From a virus (lineage: Duplodnaviria > Heunggongvirae > Uroviricota > Caudoviricetes), in IMG/VR virus record IMGVR_UViG_2651869695_000012: a DNA stretch of 38,818 bases; one strand, 5' to 3'. The position numbers were made by a program, and so were the translations under genes. The notes below the pieces were generated by a model. That model made no database searches. It was not told the DNA's origin and saw only the letters and a program-made list of their open reading frames with translations. This document shows positions 20,184-28,732 of the stretch, piece after piece. Each line of letters starts with the position of its first letter. Within the stretch, counting starts at the first letter, position 1.

Positions 20184-20651
20184 CTACTTAATGCGCTGGG
20201 TGCGGATATATTCCTGCGCCCCTTCCAGTTGCTTCTGCATCGTCATCAACCGTTCTCTGAGGGTGAAATAATCCCGTTCAGCGGTGTCTGCCAGTCGGGG
20301 GCTGGTTGCATTATCCATGCTGGTGGGTCCGGTGGCTTCACGCACGGCTGCGGAGCAACTGGCATTGACCCGCAGGCGCTTACGACCAGCGGCAACATCA
20401 GCGCGCAGAGTTTCATTTTCAGTTTTCGCATCGGCTAACTCCTTCGTGTATTTTGCATCGATCGCAGCAACATCACGCTGACGCTGCTGCATGTCAGCGA
20501 TGGTGGCGGTCGCCTGCTTCAGCTCACTGACTTTTTTATCACGCTGTTCTTTGTAGGCGATGGCGTTATCACGGTAATGATTGACCGCCCACGACAGGCA
20601 GACGATGATGCAGATAACCAGAGCGGAGATAATCGCGGTTACTCTGCTCAT
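20184..20651 (-). CDS. Rz: Spanin inner-membrane subunit Rz (i-spanin)
   Basis: Start at ATG 20651 ([31 protein letters not shown]...) near-identical to lambda Rz from memory; follows the endolysin. Confidence 0.9.
   Translation of the reverse strand: MSRVTAIISALVICIIVCLSWAVNHYRDNAIAYKEQRDKKVSELKQATATIADMQQRQRDVAAIDAKYTKELADAKTENETLRADVAAGRKRLRVNASCSAAVREATGPTSMDNATSPRLADTAERDYFTLRERLMTMQKQLEGAQEYIRTQRIK
20246..20431 (-). CDS. Rz1: Spanin outer-membrane lipoprotein Rz1 (o-spanin), embedded in Rz in the +1 frame
   Basis: 61 aa; lipobox LVVSAC and Pro-rich [30 protein letters not shown] match lambda Rz1 from memory. Confidence 0.85.
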   Translation of the reverse strand: MRKLKMKLCALMLPLVVSACGSMPVAPQPCVKPPDPPAWIMQPAPDWQTPLNGIISPSENG

Positions 20652-21145
20652 TGTTGCCCCCACAAACAGACTTCACGCTCAATCTCACGACGAGTCATCA
20701 GGCCTTTCCATTGCTTACCGCCAGCGTATGTCCAGCGACGTAGCTGGTCACATGCGCCTTTGATATCGCCCTGGTTTATTTTGCGAAGAAGCGTCGATGT
20801 TCTGAAATTGCCAGCACCCACGTTGTAGACGAACGAGTAAAGAGCGCCGCGCGTTGTTTCCGGTATATCGACTTTGATGTACGGGTTAATTTGTCTGGCG
20901 ACCGTGGCAAGGTCTTTATTCAGGAGGGCTTTGCATTCTGCTTCGGTATACGTTTTACCTAGCATGATGTCTTTTCCGGTGTGTCCGTGGCATACAGTCC
21001 ATACGCCAACGATATCTTTGTATGGTATGTAGCTGACACCTTCCAGGCCATCGTCACCACTCGGACCAGTGATGAGCACAGACGCTATGGCAACAGCCCC
21101 ACCACCAATAGCAGCAGCAACAGCCTTGCGTAATGATGGCGACAT
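20648..21145 (-). CDS. R: SAR endolysin (phage lysozyme, P21 R-type)
   Basis: N-terminal Gly/Ala-rich signal-anchor-release segment ([20 protein letters not shown]) followed by a lysozyme core; near-identical to P21 R from memory. Confidence 0.9.
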   Translation of the reverse strand: MSPSLRKAVAAAIGGGAVAIASVLITGPSGDDGLEGVSYIPYKDIVGVWTVCHGHTGKDIMLGKTYTEAECKALLNKDLATVARQINPYIKVDIPETTRGALYSFVYNVGAGNFRTSTLLRKINQGDIKGACDQLRRWTYAGGKQWKGLMTRREIEREVCLWGQQ

Positions 21146-21360
21146 TATTCACCTCTCGCAGCCTTACGCTTATCTTCTTTAATCTTGAAATAAAGGTTTG
21201 TCAGATACGTCAGCAAGCCAAATACCAGACTACCCAGCACACCTATTGCCGCCCACTGTGAGGGCGTGACTTTATCGAGCAACTGTAAAAACCAGTACCC
21301 GGCACTACCTGCTGAGGTGCCATAGGCGACACCCGTTGTTAACTTATCCATGGATTTCAT
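21145..21360 (-). CDS. S: Pinholin (P21 S21-type holin)
   Basis: 71 aa; dual-start MKSMDK; two TM segments; matches S21 from memory; immediately upstream of the SAR endolysin. Confidence 0.85.
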
Positions 21361-21426
21361 AACCCCACCTCGCAGATGCGGGTGCTGTGTAATGGAAATA
21401 AAAAGGCCACCTACGTGGCCACCAGA

Positions 21427-22479
21427 TTATTTCCCCACCAGCTCGTTTATCTCTTTCACTGTCTGGTTAAACCGCTCTGACTCAAGCTCAACACCTAAGG
21501 CCCGACGCCCCAGCGCCATTGCTGCTTTTATTGTGGAACCGGATCCCATAAAAAAATCAGCAACCAGATCACCAGGTCGACTACTGGCATTGATTATTTG
21601 CCGGAGCATATCCGCAGGTTTCTCACACGGATGTTTACCCGGGTAGAACTGAACGGGTTTATGCATCCAGACATCGGTATAAGGCACGGAGACTGATACG
21701 GAGAAATAGCGCCGGAGAGATTTAAACTCATCCAGCAATTCAGAATATTTGCGATTCAGTGAATCATAAGATGCCACCAGCTGGTGGTGTGGTTGTTCCA
21801 GTTGTTGTTCCTGAAACTTCTCTGCCGCTATACGGGAAAACAGTGCCTGTAACTTCCGATAGTCAGCCTCATTCGGCAACTGCCACTGACTGGCACCAAA
21901 CCAGTGGGAAACCATATTTTTCTTACCTGTGGCTTCGGCAATTTGTTTTGCCGTTATACCCAGTTCGGCACGAGCATCCCTGAAATACGAAATCAGCGGT
22001 GCCATTATGTGCTGTTTGAGTTCCCTTTCTTTTGCCGCATAGCCGTCACTTTTGCCGCGATATGGCCCCTGGTAATGTTCAGCAAACAGAACGCGCTCTG
22101 TGGCTGGAAAATATGCACGCAGACTTTCTTTATTACACCCATTCCAACGTCCGGACGGCTTCGCCCAGATGATATGGTTAAGCACGTTGAAACGTTCACG
22201 CATCATGATCTCAATATCAGATGCCAGGCGATGCCCACAGAACAGGTAAAGGCTTCCGGCAGGTTTTAACACCCGCCAGAACTGGGCCAGACAGTGGTCC
22301 AGCCACTTAAGGTAATCTTCGTCCCCTTTCCACTGATTGTCCCAGCCGTTGGGTTTCACCTTGAAGTACGGCGGATCGGTAACAATCAGGTCAATGGAAT
22401 CATCAGGCAGGGACTGAATAAAATGCAGGCAATCAGCGTTGATTAAATCAACACTGTTTATTTTTACAGTATTTTTCAT
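21427..22479 (-). CDS. Orphan DNA methyltransferase (beta-class N6-adenine or N4-cytosine)
   Basis: 350 aa; motif IV LIVTDPPYF near the N-terminus and motif I FxGxG (DFFMGSGSTIKAA) near the C-terminus; no adjacent restriction endonuclease ORF. Confidence 0.85.
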   Translation of the reverse strand: MKNTVKINSVDLINADCLHFIQSLPDDSIDLIVTDPPYFKVKPNGWDNQWKGDEDYLKWLDHCLAQFWRVLKPAGSLYLFCGHRLASDIEIMMRERFNVLNHIIWAKPSGRWNGCNKESLRAYFPATERVLFAEHYQGPYRGKSDGYAAKERELKQHIMAPLISYFRDARAELGITAKQIAEATGKKNMVSHWFGASQWQLPNEADYRKLQALFSRIAAEKFQEQQLEQPHHQLVASYDSLNRKYSELLDEFKSLRRYFSVSVSVPYTDVWMHKPVQFYPGKHPCEKPADMLRQIINASSRPGDLVADFFMGSGSTIKAAMALGRRALGVELESERFNQTVKEINELVGK

Positions 22480-22629
22480 GGATCAGTAAGCGTAACTCTG
22501 GTAGGCTCACTCTGCTTTTGCGCTAAAGCAGTGGGCCGTGGTTCGCTTGTGACCAGTAAGCATGAGCGAATGGCTGGCAGGTGCTACCAACACCCACCAG
22601 CCGCCCATTTTCACAGCAGGAAACCGCCA

Positions 22630-22857
22630 TTACTGGCAGCGTCTGAATTTATTCCCGTACCCGCCGTTATCCTTCGCCAGACCCGCCAGAACTAACTGAG
22701 TCAGTATTAACTGGCACCGGGCTTCGCTTACTCCGGTAGTTCTCGTCATCATGCGTGGCGTTACCCACTTGTCAGCAGGTAAGAAATGAAGGACTGCGGC
22801 GGCGGTTTCTGTCATATCTTGCTGTTTTAGCATGTCTTTTTCCCTTCTGGTTAACAT
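22630..22857 (-). CDS. Small hypothetical protein with possible HTH, upstream of the methyltransferase
   Basis: 75-aa ORF with several candidate ATG starts (22857, 22833, 22815); helix-turn-helix-like VTPRMMTRTTGVSEARCQLILTQL; weak RBS. Confidence 0.3.
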   Translation of the reverse strand: MLTRREKDMLKQQDMTETAAAVLHFLPADKWVTPRMMTRTTGVSEARCQLILTQLVLAGLAKDNGGYGNKFRRCQ

Positions 22858-23103
22858 GACATACCAATAACTCTTGTCTAAAAAGCCAGCAAGATAAAAA
22901 GTCAGTATTCACGACCACCAGCGTGTTTACTGTACTGCACCAGGTTTACAGGTACAAAAAAACCGCTCAGCGGCGGGTTTAAGTTGTGTGGCGAAGTAAC
23001 CACTCTTAACAGCATATTTGATTTTTTACGATTGTAAACGGTTGATTATTCATCTCCAATAAAAATAATTGTGTGGGTATGCCCTTAACAATGGATAAGA
23101 AAC

Positions 23104-23550
23104 ATGAATAAAATGACTGTACTATTACTTAGCGCAACTATCATTTCAGGTTGTACTTCTTCCGTACCATTGATAAAGAAAACTCAATCAGGAAAACCTG
23201 AGGGGGTTTATCAAAATACGACAAAAGATAAAGTCAAAGATGCCCTTGTGAATTACTGCAATAGTAGAGGGTTGATAATTTACAACGCGGATAACAGCAG
23301 TGTTATATGTGGTAAAGAACTGGAAGGCGGCTCTGCTGTTTTTGGACAAATGTTAATCGGCAATGCCTATTCAACAACCCCGGTATCAAAAGTCAGATTT
23401 ACTATCGCTCAAGTTAATAACGATACAAAAGTGTGGGCCGATATGTGGATGGAAACTCAAATGGCAATGGGGCAAGTACAACAAATGTCTATAACAGACA
23501 ACGCAAGCAAAAACACTATCCAACAACGTCTTGATGAATTAAAACCTTAA
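23104..23550 (+). CDS. Lipoprotein moron, antisense to the late operon
   Basis: 148 aa; signal peptide with lipobox (IISGC); AT-rich island between Q and the methyltransferase; own RBS and start on the plus strand. Confidence 0.6.
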   Translation: MNKMTVLLLSATIISGCTSSVPLIKKTQSGKPEGVYQNTTKDKVKDALVNYCNSRGLIIYNADNSSVICGKELEGGSAVFGQMLIGNAYSTTPVSKVRFTIAQVNNDTKVWADMWMETQMAMGQVQQMSITDNASKNTIQQRLDELKP

Positions 23551-23588
23551 ATAAATTAAATAAAATGGGGAGAATAAATCGACTCCCC
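23546..23588 (-). terminator. Intrinsic terminator just downstream of Q (tR'-like) and just past the convergent lipoprotein gene
   Basis: Minus-strand read GGGGAG-(10 nt loop)-CUCCCC followed by AUUUUAUUUAAUUUAUUU; ~40 nt after the Q stop. Confidence 0.55.
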
Positions 23589-23630
23589 ACACATTAAACT
23601 GATTCAATTACCCCCTCAATAAGAGGTCTT

Positions 23631-24011
23631 CTAACGATCCATCTCTAGCTCAATTTCTAACATCATTAACATGCCATCAACTACACCTTCAGCCTTTTGC
23701 AATAAACGCCCAACCCAGCAATCAGAACGCCCATGTTTACGGGCAAGCGCCATAAAAGTCATACCACCTACATAATAATCCACTAATAAATCGTGCAAAT
23801 CGCTGTTGTTCTTTTTCAGGCGAGCCATGCATCCACAAATGATCATCGCGTCATCGTCACAACATTGCGGGCGGGATTTTACTTTTGAAGGGATTAGTCC
23901 TTTAAATCCTGCAGCAATAGACGACCAGGTGACATCCTCGTGATTATTTGCCACCCATGCCCCCCAACGTTCAAGAACCATTTGAATATCACGCATCAAC
24001 TTTCTCCACAA
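23631..24011 (-). CDS. Late-gene antiterminator Q (small, DLP12 quuD-like)
   Basis: 126 aa; Cys cluster [17 protein letters not shown] suggests a zinc site; position immediately upstream of the terminator and lysis cassette. Confidence 0.7.
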   Translation of the reverse strand: MWRKLMRDIQMVLERWGAWVANNHEDVTWSSIAAGFKGLIPSKVKSRPQCCDDDAMIICGCMARLKKNNSDLHDLLVDYYVGGMTFMALARKHGRSDCWVGRLLQKAEGVVDGMLMMLEIELEMDR

Positions 24012-24013
24012 AA

Positions 24014-25009
24014 TCAGGCCAGCACGCCAATTGCCAGCGCACGATCGATAAAACGAAATATCAGCTCCAGCTGGGAGCCATACTTCTCTTCAAATGCCAC
24101 GGTATCCGCATGCAGCTCGTCGTGATGCTTTCTGCACAAAGGCAACACAAAAAGGTCATGCGCTTTTGTTCCCATTCCACCCTGACCGTGACCTATCAGG
24201 TGGTGGGGATCATCAGCGGGCTTTCCACAACATGCACACGGCTGTGTCTTAACCCAGCGCGTGTACTTTTCATTAACCCAGCGGCGACGTTTTGGGCGTA
24301 ACATAAAAGACTCCGGCGACTCCGGATCCACTTTCAGCGCCAGCACCTTTTTCGCCTTATCCTGGATGATGCTGGTGGCAGGAACCGAAGGCACAAGGTC
24401 ACTTTCCCGGGTAACAGACGGCACAACAGGCTTCGGTAATCTCAGTGCCTTACGGGCTGCACTTTCCGGTAAGGCATCCGCCAGATCATTACGAATCAGC
24501 CACCAGCACAGTTCCGGCATTGTCACAACGTGACTGTCATCAAAACCGAGATCCCGACGCACAACAGACAACACCCAGCGGGCACAGTTATCCGTTGCCA
24601 TTGATTCCAGCCGTTCCGTGAACTGATCGCGCAGCTGGTTATCGCAGTGCCAGCACAGACGGATTGCACCCGGAGCGTGTCGCATTGTGGTCATGTTCTC
24701 GCTGTGCCAGTCGGAATGAGGCCACTGGCAGCCTTTTTCACGAAGTAACCAGCTTTCAAGACATTCCACGCCACCAGCACGACGGATCACTGCCTCATTG
24801 CGGAACACGGCCCGAACGGCAGGATCATCCGCCAGCGGTTGTGATGCCGCCGGAACGGCACCACTGGCGAAAGATGAATAACGCTCCGGCTCAGGCTCCA
24901 GCAGGACACGCCCCTGCATAAACAGGGGCATCAGCTCTGAACCTGGCCTGAACAATACGATCCCCATACGCGGGGCAATTTCAGGGGTCAGTAGTGCTCT
25001 CACGGTCAC
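24014..25009 (-). CDS. DUF968-like phage protein with C-terminal HNH-like zinc motif
   Basis: 331 aa; C-terminal [43 protein letters not shown] (Cys-x2-Cys ... HH ... H). Confidence 0.6.
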   Translation of the reverse strand: MTVRALLTPEIAPRMGIVLFRPGSELMPLFMQGRVLLEPEPERYSSFASGAVPAASQPLADDPAVRAVFRNEAVIRRAGGVECLESWLLREKGCQWPHSDWHSENMTTMRHAPGAIRLCWHCDNQLRDQFTERLESMATDNCARWVLSVVRRDLGFDDSHVVTMPELCWWLIRNDLADALPESAARKALRLPKPVVPSVTRESDLVPSVPATSIIQDKAKKVLALKVDPESPESFMLRPKRRRWVNEKYTRWVKTQPCACCGKPADDPHHLIGHGQGGMGTKAHDLFVLPLCRKHHDELHADTVAFEEKYGSQLELIFRFIDRALAIGVLA

Positions 25010-25010
25010 C

Positions 25011-25820
25011 TCAATGAACGGTATCGAGCAGCTTTAACAGCTCAGAGAATCGGGATTCGAAGAAATGCGGCTGCGTCTCGCGCGGATTTGCGGGACTGGT
25101 GATGTTCTTGCCGAACATGCAGCCTTTCGCTGTCAGCGACCAGAATTTTTTGATGTTGTTAATCGCGGTACGGCTGTATCGTTCGCGCTGCTCGACGATC
25201 CCCAGTTTCACCATCTGGTGATATGCCTGATTAGCCGTCAGGCGTATACCATACTGTTTCAGCAGTGCACTCAGTGACAGTGTCGGGCGACTTGAGCCAT
25301 CGTGTGCATCAGCAGGAGCATCAATGGCATAGCGCGGTGCCAGATTCGGTAAGCCAACAGCCTCCTGGAGTTTCTGACAGGCACCAAGCACTGAAGAGTT
25401 AGACAGGTTTAACTCCCGGCGCATAAAGTCCAGCAGGATCACGCCAGCCTGCATCTTGTCAGCAGCCTGTCCGGATAATTTTTCCGGTGCGCTGGTTACC
25501 ATATCGAAAGTACGGATCACCTTCAGATGGAATGACGGGCTGATCCACATTGCATAGGCATACACCAGTTCCTTGCAGACATACGTTCCCCGTTCATTTC
25601 CCCCATGAATCACACTCACCGGGTCAACACCCAAATTCTGGGTGTTGGTCAATTCATGAACAAGCTCAACAGTTTGTTGGCTGGAAAGAAACTTTCCCGG
25701 CTCCTTGGTTCTGGCATTTGCACCAGATGCTACTGCTGCGCGATGCAGATCGTTCAGGCTGTAACGCCCATAAGCATCACGACGAACTTCAATACCATCA
25801 ATGACCATCAGATTATTCAT
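25011..25820 (-). CDS. KilA-N domain protein (antirepressor/regulatory family)
   Basis: Start at ATG 25820 with GGAG RBS; N-terminal domain with GTYVCKELVYAYAMWISPSFHLKVIRTF, the KilA-N signature. Confidence 0.7.
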   Translation of the reverse strand: MNNLMVIDGIEVRRDAYGRYSLNDLHRAAVASGANARTKEPGKFLSSQQTVELVHELTNTQNLGVDPVSVIHGGNERGTYVCKELVYAYAMWISPSFHLKVIRTFDMVTSAPEKLSGQAADKMQAGVILLDFMRRELNLSNSSVLGACQKLQEAVGLPNLAPRYAIDAPADAHDGSSRPTLSLSALLKQYGIRLTANQAYHQMVKLGIVEQRERYSRTAINNIKKFWSLTAKGCMFGKNITSPANPRETQPHFFESRFSELLKLLDTVH

Positions 25821-25839
25821 ACTTCGTTTCTCCTCTTGA

Positions 25840-26229
25840 TCAGGCGGCTGCACCCGCCGTTTTCTCGTACTTACTGATAGTGATCTCGACCTTCCCTTTC
25901 GGGATAACCGGTCCCCACTCCACCAGCATTCTTTTCACCTGACTGTCGTCTTCCCACACACCCGCATGGGTCAGGGCGTCAAACAGCGCCTTGTTATAGT
26001 TGTCCAGATCGCGGATCCGGTTATCCGGAGGAAACAACACGATCTCCACTGAAGCAGGTGCCGACGTTGGTTTCGGCAGACGACGTAACTGCTCAACTAT
26101 TGCTGCGCACGCCGCGCTCTGGAATTTTCGCCCCGCCGAGCTTATCAGGCTCTTACCAGCAAACGCCCCTTTGTTGGGGTGTCGCCAGTACGTGTTCACG
26201 CTGGGCGGAAAAGGCAGGATCAGCTTCAT
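25840..26229 (-). CDS. rusA: RusA-family Holliday junction resolvase
   Basis: 129 aa; LPFPPSVNTYWRH and DLDNYNKALFDALT motifs typical of RusA. Confidence 0.85.
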   Translation of the reverse strand: MKLILPFPPSVNTYWRHPNKGAFAGKSLISSAGRKFQSAACAAIVEQLRRLPKPTSAPASVEIVLFPPDNRIRDLDNYNKALFDALTHAGVWEDDSQVKRMLVEWGPVIPKGKVEITISKYEKTAGAAA

Positions 26230-26552
26230 GCTTTCAGGCCTCTCTCATGTAACCAGTGGGTTGCACGCAGCCTTGCGTTTTCCTCACCGGCAAGCAGTGA
26301 GCGGATAATCCCGACCGCCTCGCTGTCGTCGTCCTTCACCGCGGTATGAAGCGTGATCCCCCGGGCCACGCCACGCTTTATCGTGATGACGCCTTTTTTC
26401 TCCAGTGCGCGAAGATGCTCCACCGCTGCATTCACTGAACGGTATCCCAGCATGGTTGCCACCTCCTGATTGGTTGGCGGGAAGCCACGTTCTTTCTGAT
26501 AAGAAATCAGCATATCCAGCACCTGCTGCTGGCATTGAGTTAACGTCGTCAT
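26226..26552 (-). CDS. LexA-N-terminal-like winged-helix DNA-binding protein
   Basis: 108 aa; LTQCQQQVLDMLISYQKERGFPPTNQEVATMLGYRSVNAAVEHLRALEKKGVI resembles the LexA DNA-binding domain; no peptidase domain. Confidence 0.6.
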   Translation of the reverse strand: MTTLTQCQQQVLDMLISYQKERGFPPTNQEVATMLGYRSVNAAVEHLRALEKKGVITIKRGVARGITLHTAVKDDDSEAVGIIRSLLAGEENARLRATHWLHERGLKA

Positions 26553-27202
26553 GCCGCCATCTCCCTGACCAGTTTTTCTGCCTGCTGGCGAACCTGCGCC
26601 AGAAACGCCTCACCACATGCCTCAAGTTCATCGCGCCCGATGTAGCTGATTGCCGGTCCCTTCCAGGTCTTGTCGAAAACAGCAATAGCACCAGCGAAGA
26701 AAGCGCCTGTCGGCACCTGCTTCTCATCTTTCGGGATAAACCAGGCAGGCAGTTCAAAACCAATACGCCCGCGAATAAAAGCAATATGATCTGCATCTTC
26801 CGGCCACCACACTTCGCAGGTGGCAGCTTTGATCAGGAAAACATAGCGCCCGCCTTTATCACGCATGGCACTGGCATGTTTCATGATGTAACGCATGCCG
26901 GTGATGTATTGCCCCTCATGCTGACTGGCGCGGCTGTATGGGGGATTACCAAAGGCAGCACCTTTAAGCTCCGCAAGACGTTCTGACCAGTCATGCGCCA
27001 GCGCGTTGTCTTCCGCCGTGTAATACGCGGTACATTTGGCGTTATCACCGTCAGTAAACAGATCCAGGACAAACGGGCCAAACAGGGTGTTAATTCCCCA
27101 GAAAATGTTATCCGGCGTGCGCCACTGATCGCCCACTTCCTTCAGTTCATGGGCTGGTTTGTTCCGCAGTTCCACCAGCGCCCGGCAATATTTATTACTC
27201 AT
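26549..27202 (-). CDS. Phage Dam-type N6-adenine DNA methyltransferase (orphan)
   Basis: Start at ATG 27202 (MSNKYCRAL...), 1-nt overlap with the upstream stop; catalytic NPPY motif (GNPPYS). Confidence 0.8.
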   Translation of the reverse strand: MSNKYCRALVELRNKPAHELKEVGDQWRTPDNIFWGINTLFGPFVLDLFTDGDNAKCTAYYTAEDNALAHDWSERLAELKGAAFGNPPYSRASQHEGQYITGMRYIMKHASAMRDKGGRYVFLIKAATCEVWWPEDADHIAFIRGRIGFELPAWFIPKDEKQVPTGAFFAGAIAVFDKTWKGPAISYIGRDELEACGEAFLAQVRQQAEKLVREMAA

Positions 27203-27690
27203 TAAGCCCCCACGTAATTCCCTGACAGATACCACTCTTCACCCGATGCAGCGCGCTTGCTGCTTTTCCGTAAGCACCGCTCACGACGTGCCAGAAAATT
27301 GTTTCGTTCTGGCTGGGAGTGGCTTTCACGGAATGCCGCCATCCACACGGTTGCAGCACGACGGTATAAGCCCCTTGACTCCAGTTCTTCCGCCTGGCGG
27401 GTCAGGCACAAAATCACCCGCGGGTCGTTAGTGCCGACATAGAAATTGCGCACAGGTCTGGTTTCACGAACTGGTTGTGGTTCCAGCTCCTGCGCTCTCT
27501 CAGTCAGGCGCGGGAAATGTCTGCGTGTATCTCCTTCACAACGGTGAGCCACACGCCCACTCTGACGTAACTTGCTTGCATACTGCAGAACGCGCTGCCG
27601 TGAGTAACCTGCAAAAGCATCCGCAATGTCTCCGGAAGTACACCCCGGATGGGCTTCAATGAATTTCTGAACTTCATTCAAAAGACTCAT
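27202..27690 (-). CDS. PerC/ANR-like regulatory protein
   Basis: Start at ATG 27690; C-terminal segment LTRQAEELESRGLYRRAATVWMAAF resembles the PerC family. Confidence 0.5.
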   Translation of the reverse strand: MSLLNEVQKFIEAHPGCTSGDIADAFAGYSRQRVLQYASKLRQSGRVAHRCEGDTRRHFPRLTERAQELEPQPVRETRPVRNFYVGTNDPRVILCLTRQAEELESRGLYRRAATVWMAAFRESHSQPERNNFLARRERCLRKSSKRAASGEEWYLSGNYVGA

Positions 27691-27692
27691 GA

Positions 27693-28511
27693 TCACCCCC
27701 TGAATCCTGCCGGGATCTGGCTGTAGTCCACGTTGTCGTAACTGGCTTTGAAGTACGGGTCCTCACGTCTGGCTGCAGATACCGCAGGAACTTCCCAGGA
27801 TTCTTCGAAATGACGATCCGGACCAAAGAACGTGACAGCCTGTTTCACAAATTGTGTGCCGCTGTTACCCATCGCAGATACCCAGCCCGCGTAGCGTTTC
27901 ACACCTTCCAGCATGGTTTCGGGGTTTACCCCCTCATTCAAACGGGCTTTCCAGGCTTTGAAGGCTGCAGATTTTGAATTGCCACCAGCACGTTTGGGAT
28001 ATGCCAGCCATGCCTGCTCAAACTCCGGAGAGTATTCCGGTCGGTTTGAACGAACTCGCACAGACTCATCAACTGATGCACCAACAGCTATTGGTTCATT
28101 GACTGGTTCTTTGACTGGTTCAAAAGAGTGACTGGTTCTGGGTGAATCTCCTGCACTACCCCCTGGTGCAACTCCTGCACTACCTGGTGAATTTGCTGCG
28201 CCAGATAGTGAATTATTTGCACTACCCCCTAGTGAATCTCCTGCACCATCCAGATGAAGGAGATAGATATTACTTGAGTTACCTTTTTCACCTTTCCGGG
28301 TGACTTTTTTTACCAGCCCGGACTCACAAAGGGCCGCAATATGATTCATCACAGAACGTTTGCTAATCTCGCACTGGTCAGCAATATGCTGGTAGCTGGG
28401 CCAGCACTCCCCCTGATCGCTGGCATTATCAGCCAGCTTGATCAGAACCAGTTTTCGCAATGGATTACCCACTCGAATTTTCATCGCTTTAACCATCAGC
28501 TCCATACTCAT
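27693..28511 (-). CDS. Replication initiator (lambda O-like organisation) with origin iterons inside the coding sequence
   Basis: 272 aa; N-terminal HTH (VGNPLRKLVLIKLADNASDQGECWPSYQHIADQCEISKRSVMNHIAAL); low-complexity Gly/Ser/Ala/Pro linker whose DNA carries direct repeats; C-terminal domain. Confidence 0.7.
   Translation of the reverse strand: MSMELMVKAMKIRVGNPLRKLVLIKLADNASDQGECWPSYQHIADQCEISKRSVMNHIAALCESGLVKKVTRKGEKGNSSNIYLLHLDGAGDSLGGSANNSLSGAANSPGSAGVAPGGSAGDSPRTSHSFEPVKEPVNEPIAVGASVDESVRVRSNRPEYSPEFEQAWLAYPKRAGGNSKSAAFKAWKARLNEGVNPETMLEGVKRYAGWVSAMGNSGTQFVKQAVTFFGPDRHFEESWEVPAVSAARREDPYFKASYDNVDYSQIPAGFRG
28090..28260. repeat. Iteron array (candidate origin of replication) inside the replication initiator gene
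   Basis: Three copies of TGACTGGTTC (28099-28138) and about five degenerate ~21-24-bp repeats of the form AATCTCCTGCACTACCCCCTGGTG (28143-28255), read directly. Confidence 0.55.
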
Positions 28512-28732
28512 GCAGCACCTCCGAGATGCTTCATGTTTTTTCCGGAGCGAAAGGCTATAAGCGGCATACTGACGCGGTAATTACGGCCCAGCGGTTCACA
28601 AATCACCTTCTGACATTCACGGTCAACCAGGCTAACACGTAGAACATGCCCTGCAGGTGTGGTGTACCACTGACCCGGACGAGGACAACGGAAAGTCTGA
28701 TTGGTAAACCGTTTGAAAATATTCCGGATCAT
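28508..28732 (-). CDS. Small hypothetical phage protein
   Basis: 74-aa ORF with start overlapping the upstream stop (ATGA) and stop overlapping the replication gene start; no family recognised. Confidence 0.4.
   Translation of the reverse strand: MIRNIFKRFTNQTFRCPRPGQWYTTPAGHVLRVSLVDRECQKVICEPLGRNYRVSMPLIAFRSGKNMKHLGGAA

Noticed and set aside
22480-22630. Possible tRNA between the methyltransferase and the small upstream ORF (tRNAs often sit downstream of Q in lambdoid phages)
   Set aside because: No canonical T-loop (GGTTCGA/GTTCAAATCC) or cloverleaf could be recognised by eye on either strand.
22951-22980. Weak hairpin CCGC-TCA-GCGG flanked by A7 and T3, possible bidirectional terminator
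   Set aside because: The stem is only 4 bp, too weak to call without folding energy calculations.
28090-28260. CRISPR array
   Set aside because: These are the only tandem repeats seen in the window; they are degenerate, lie inside a coding sequence and fit replication-origin iterons, with no regular repeat-spacer periodicity.
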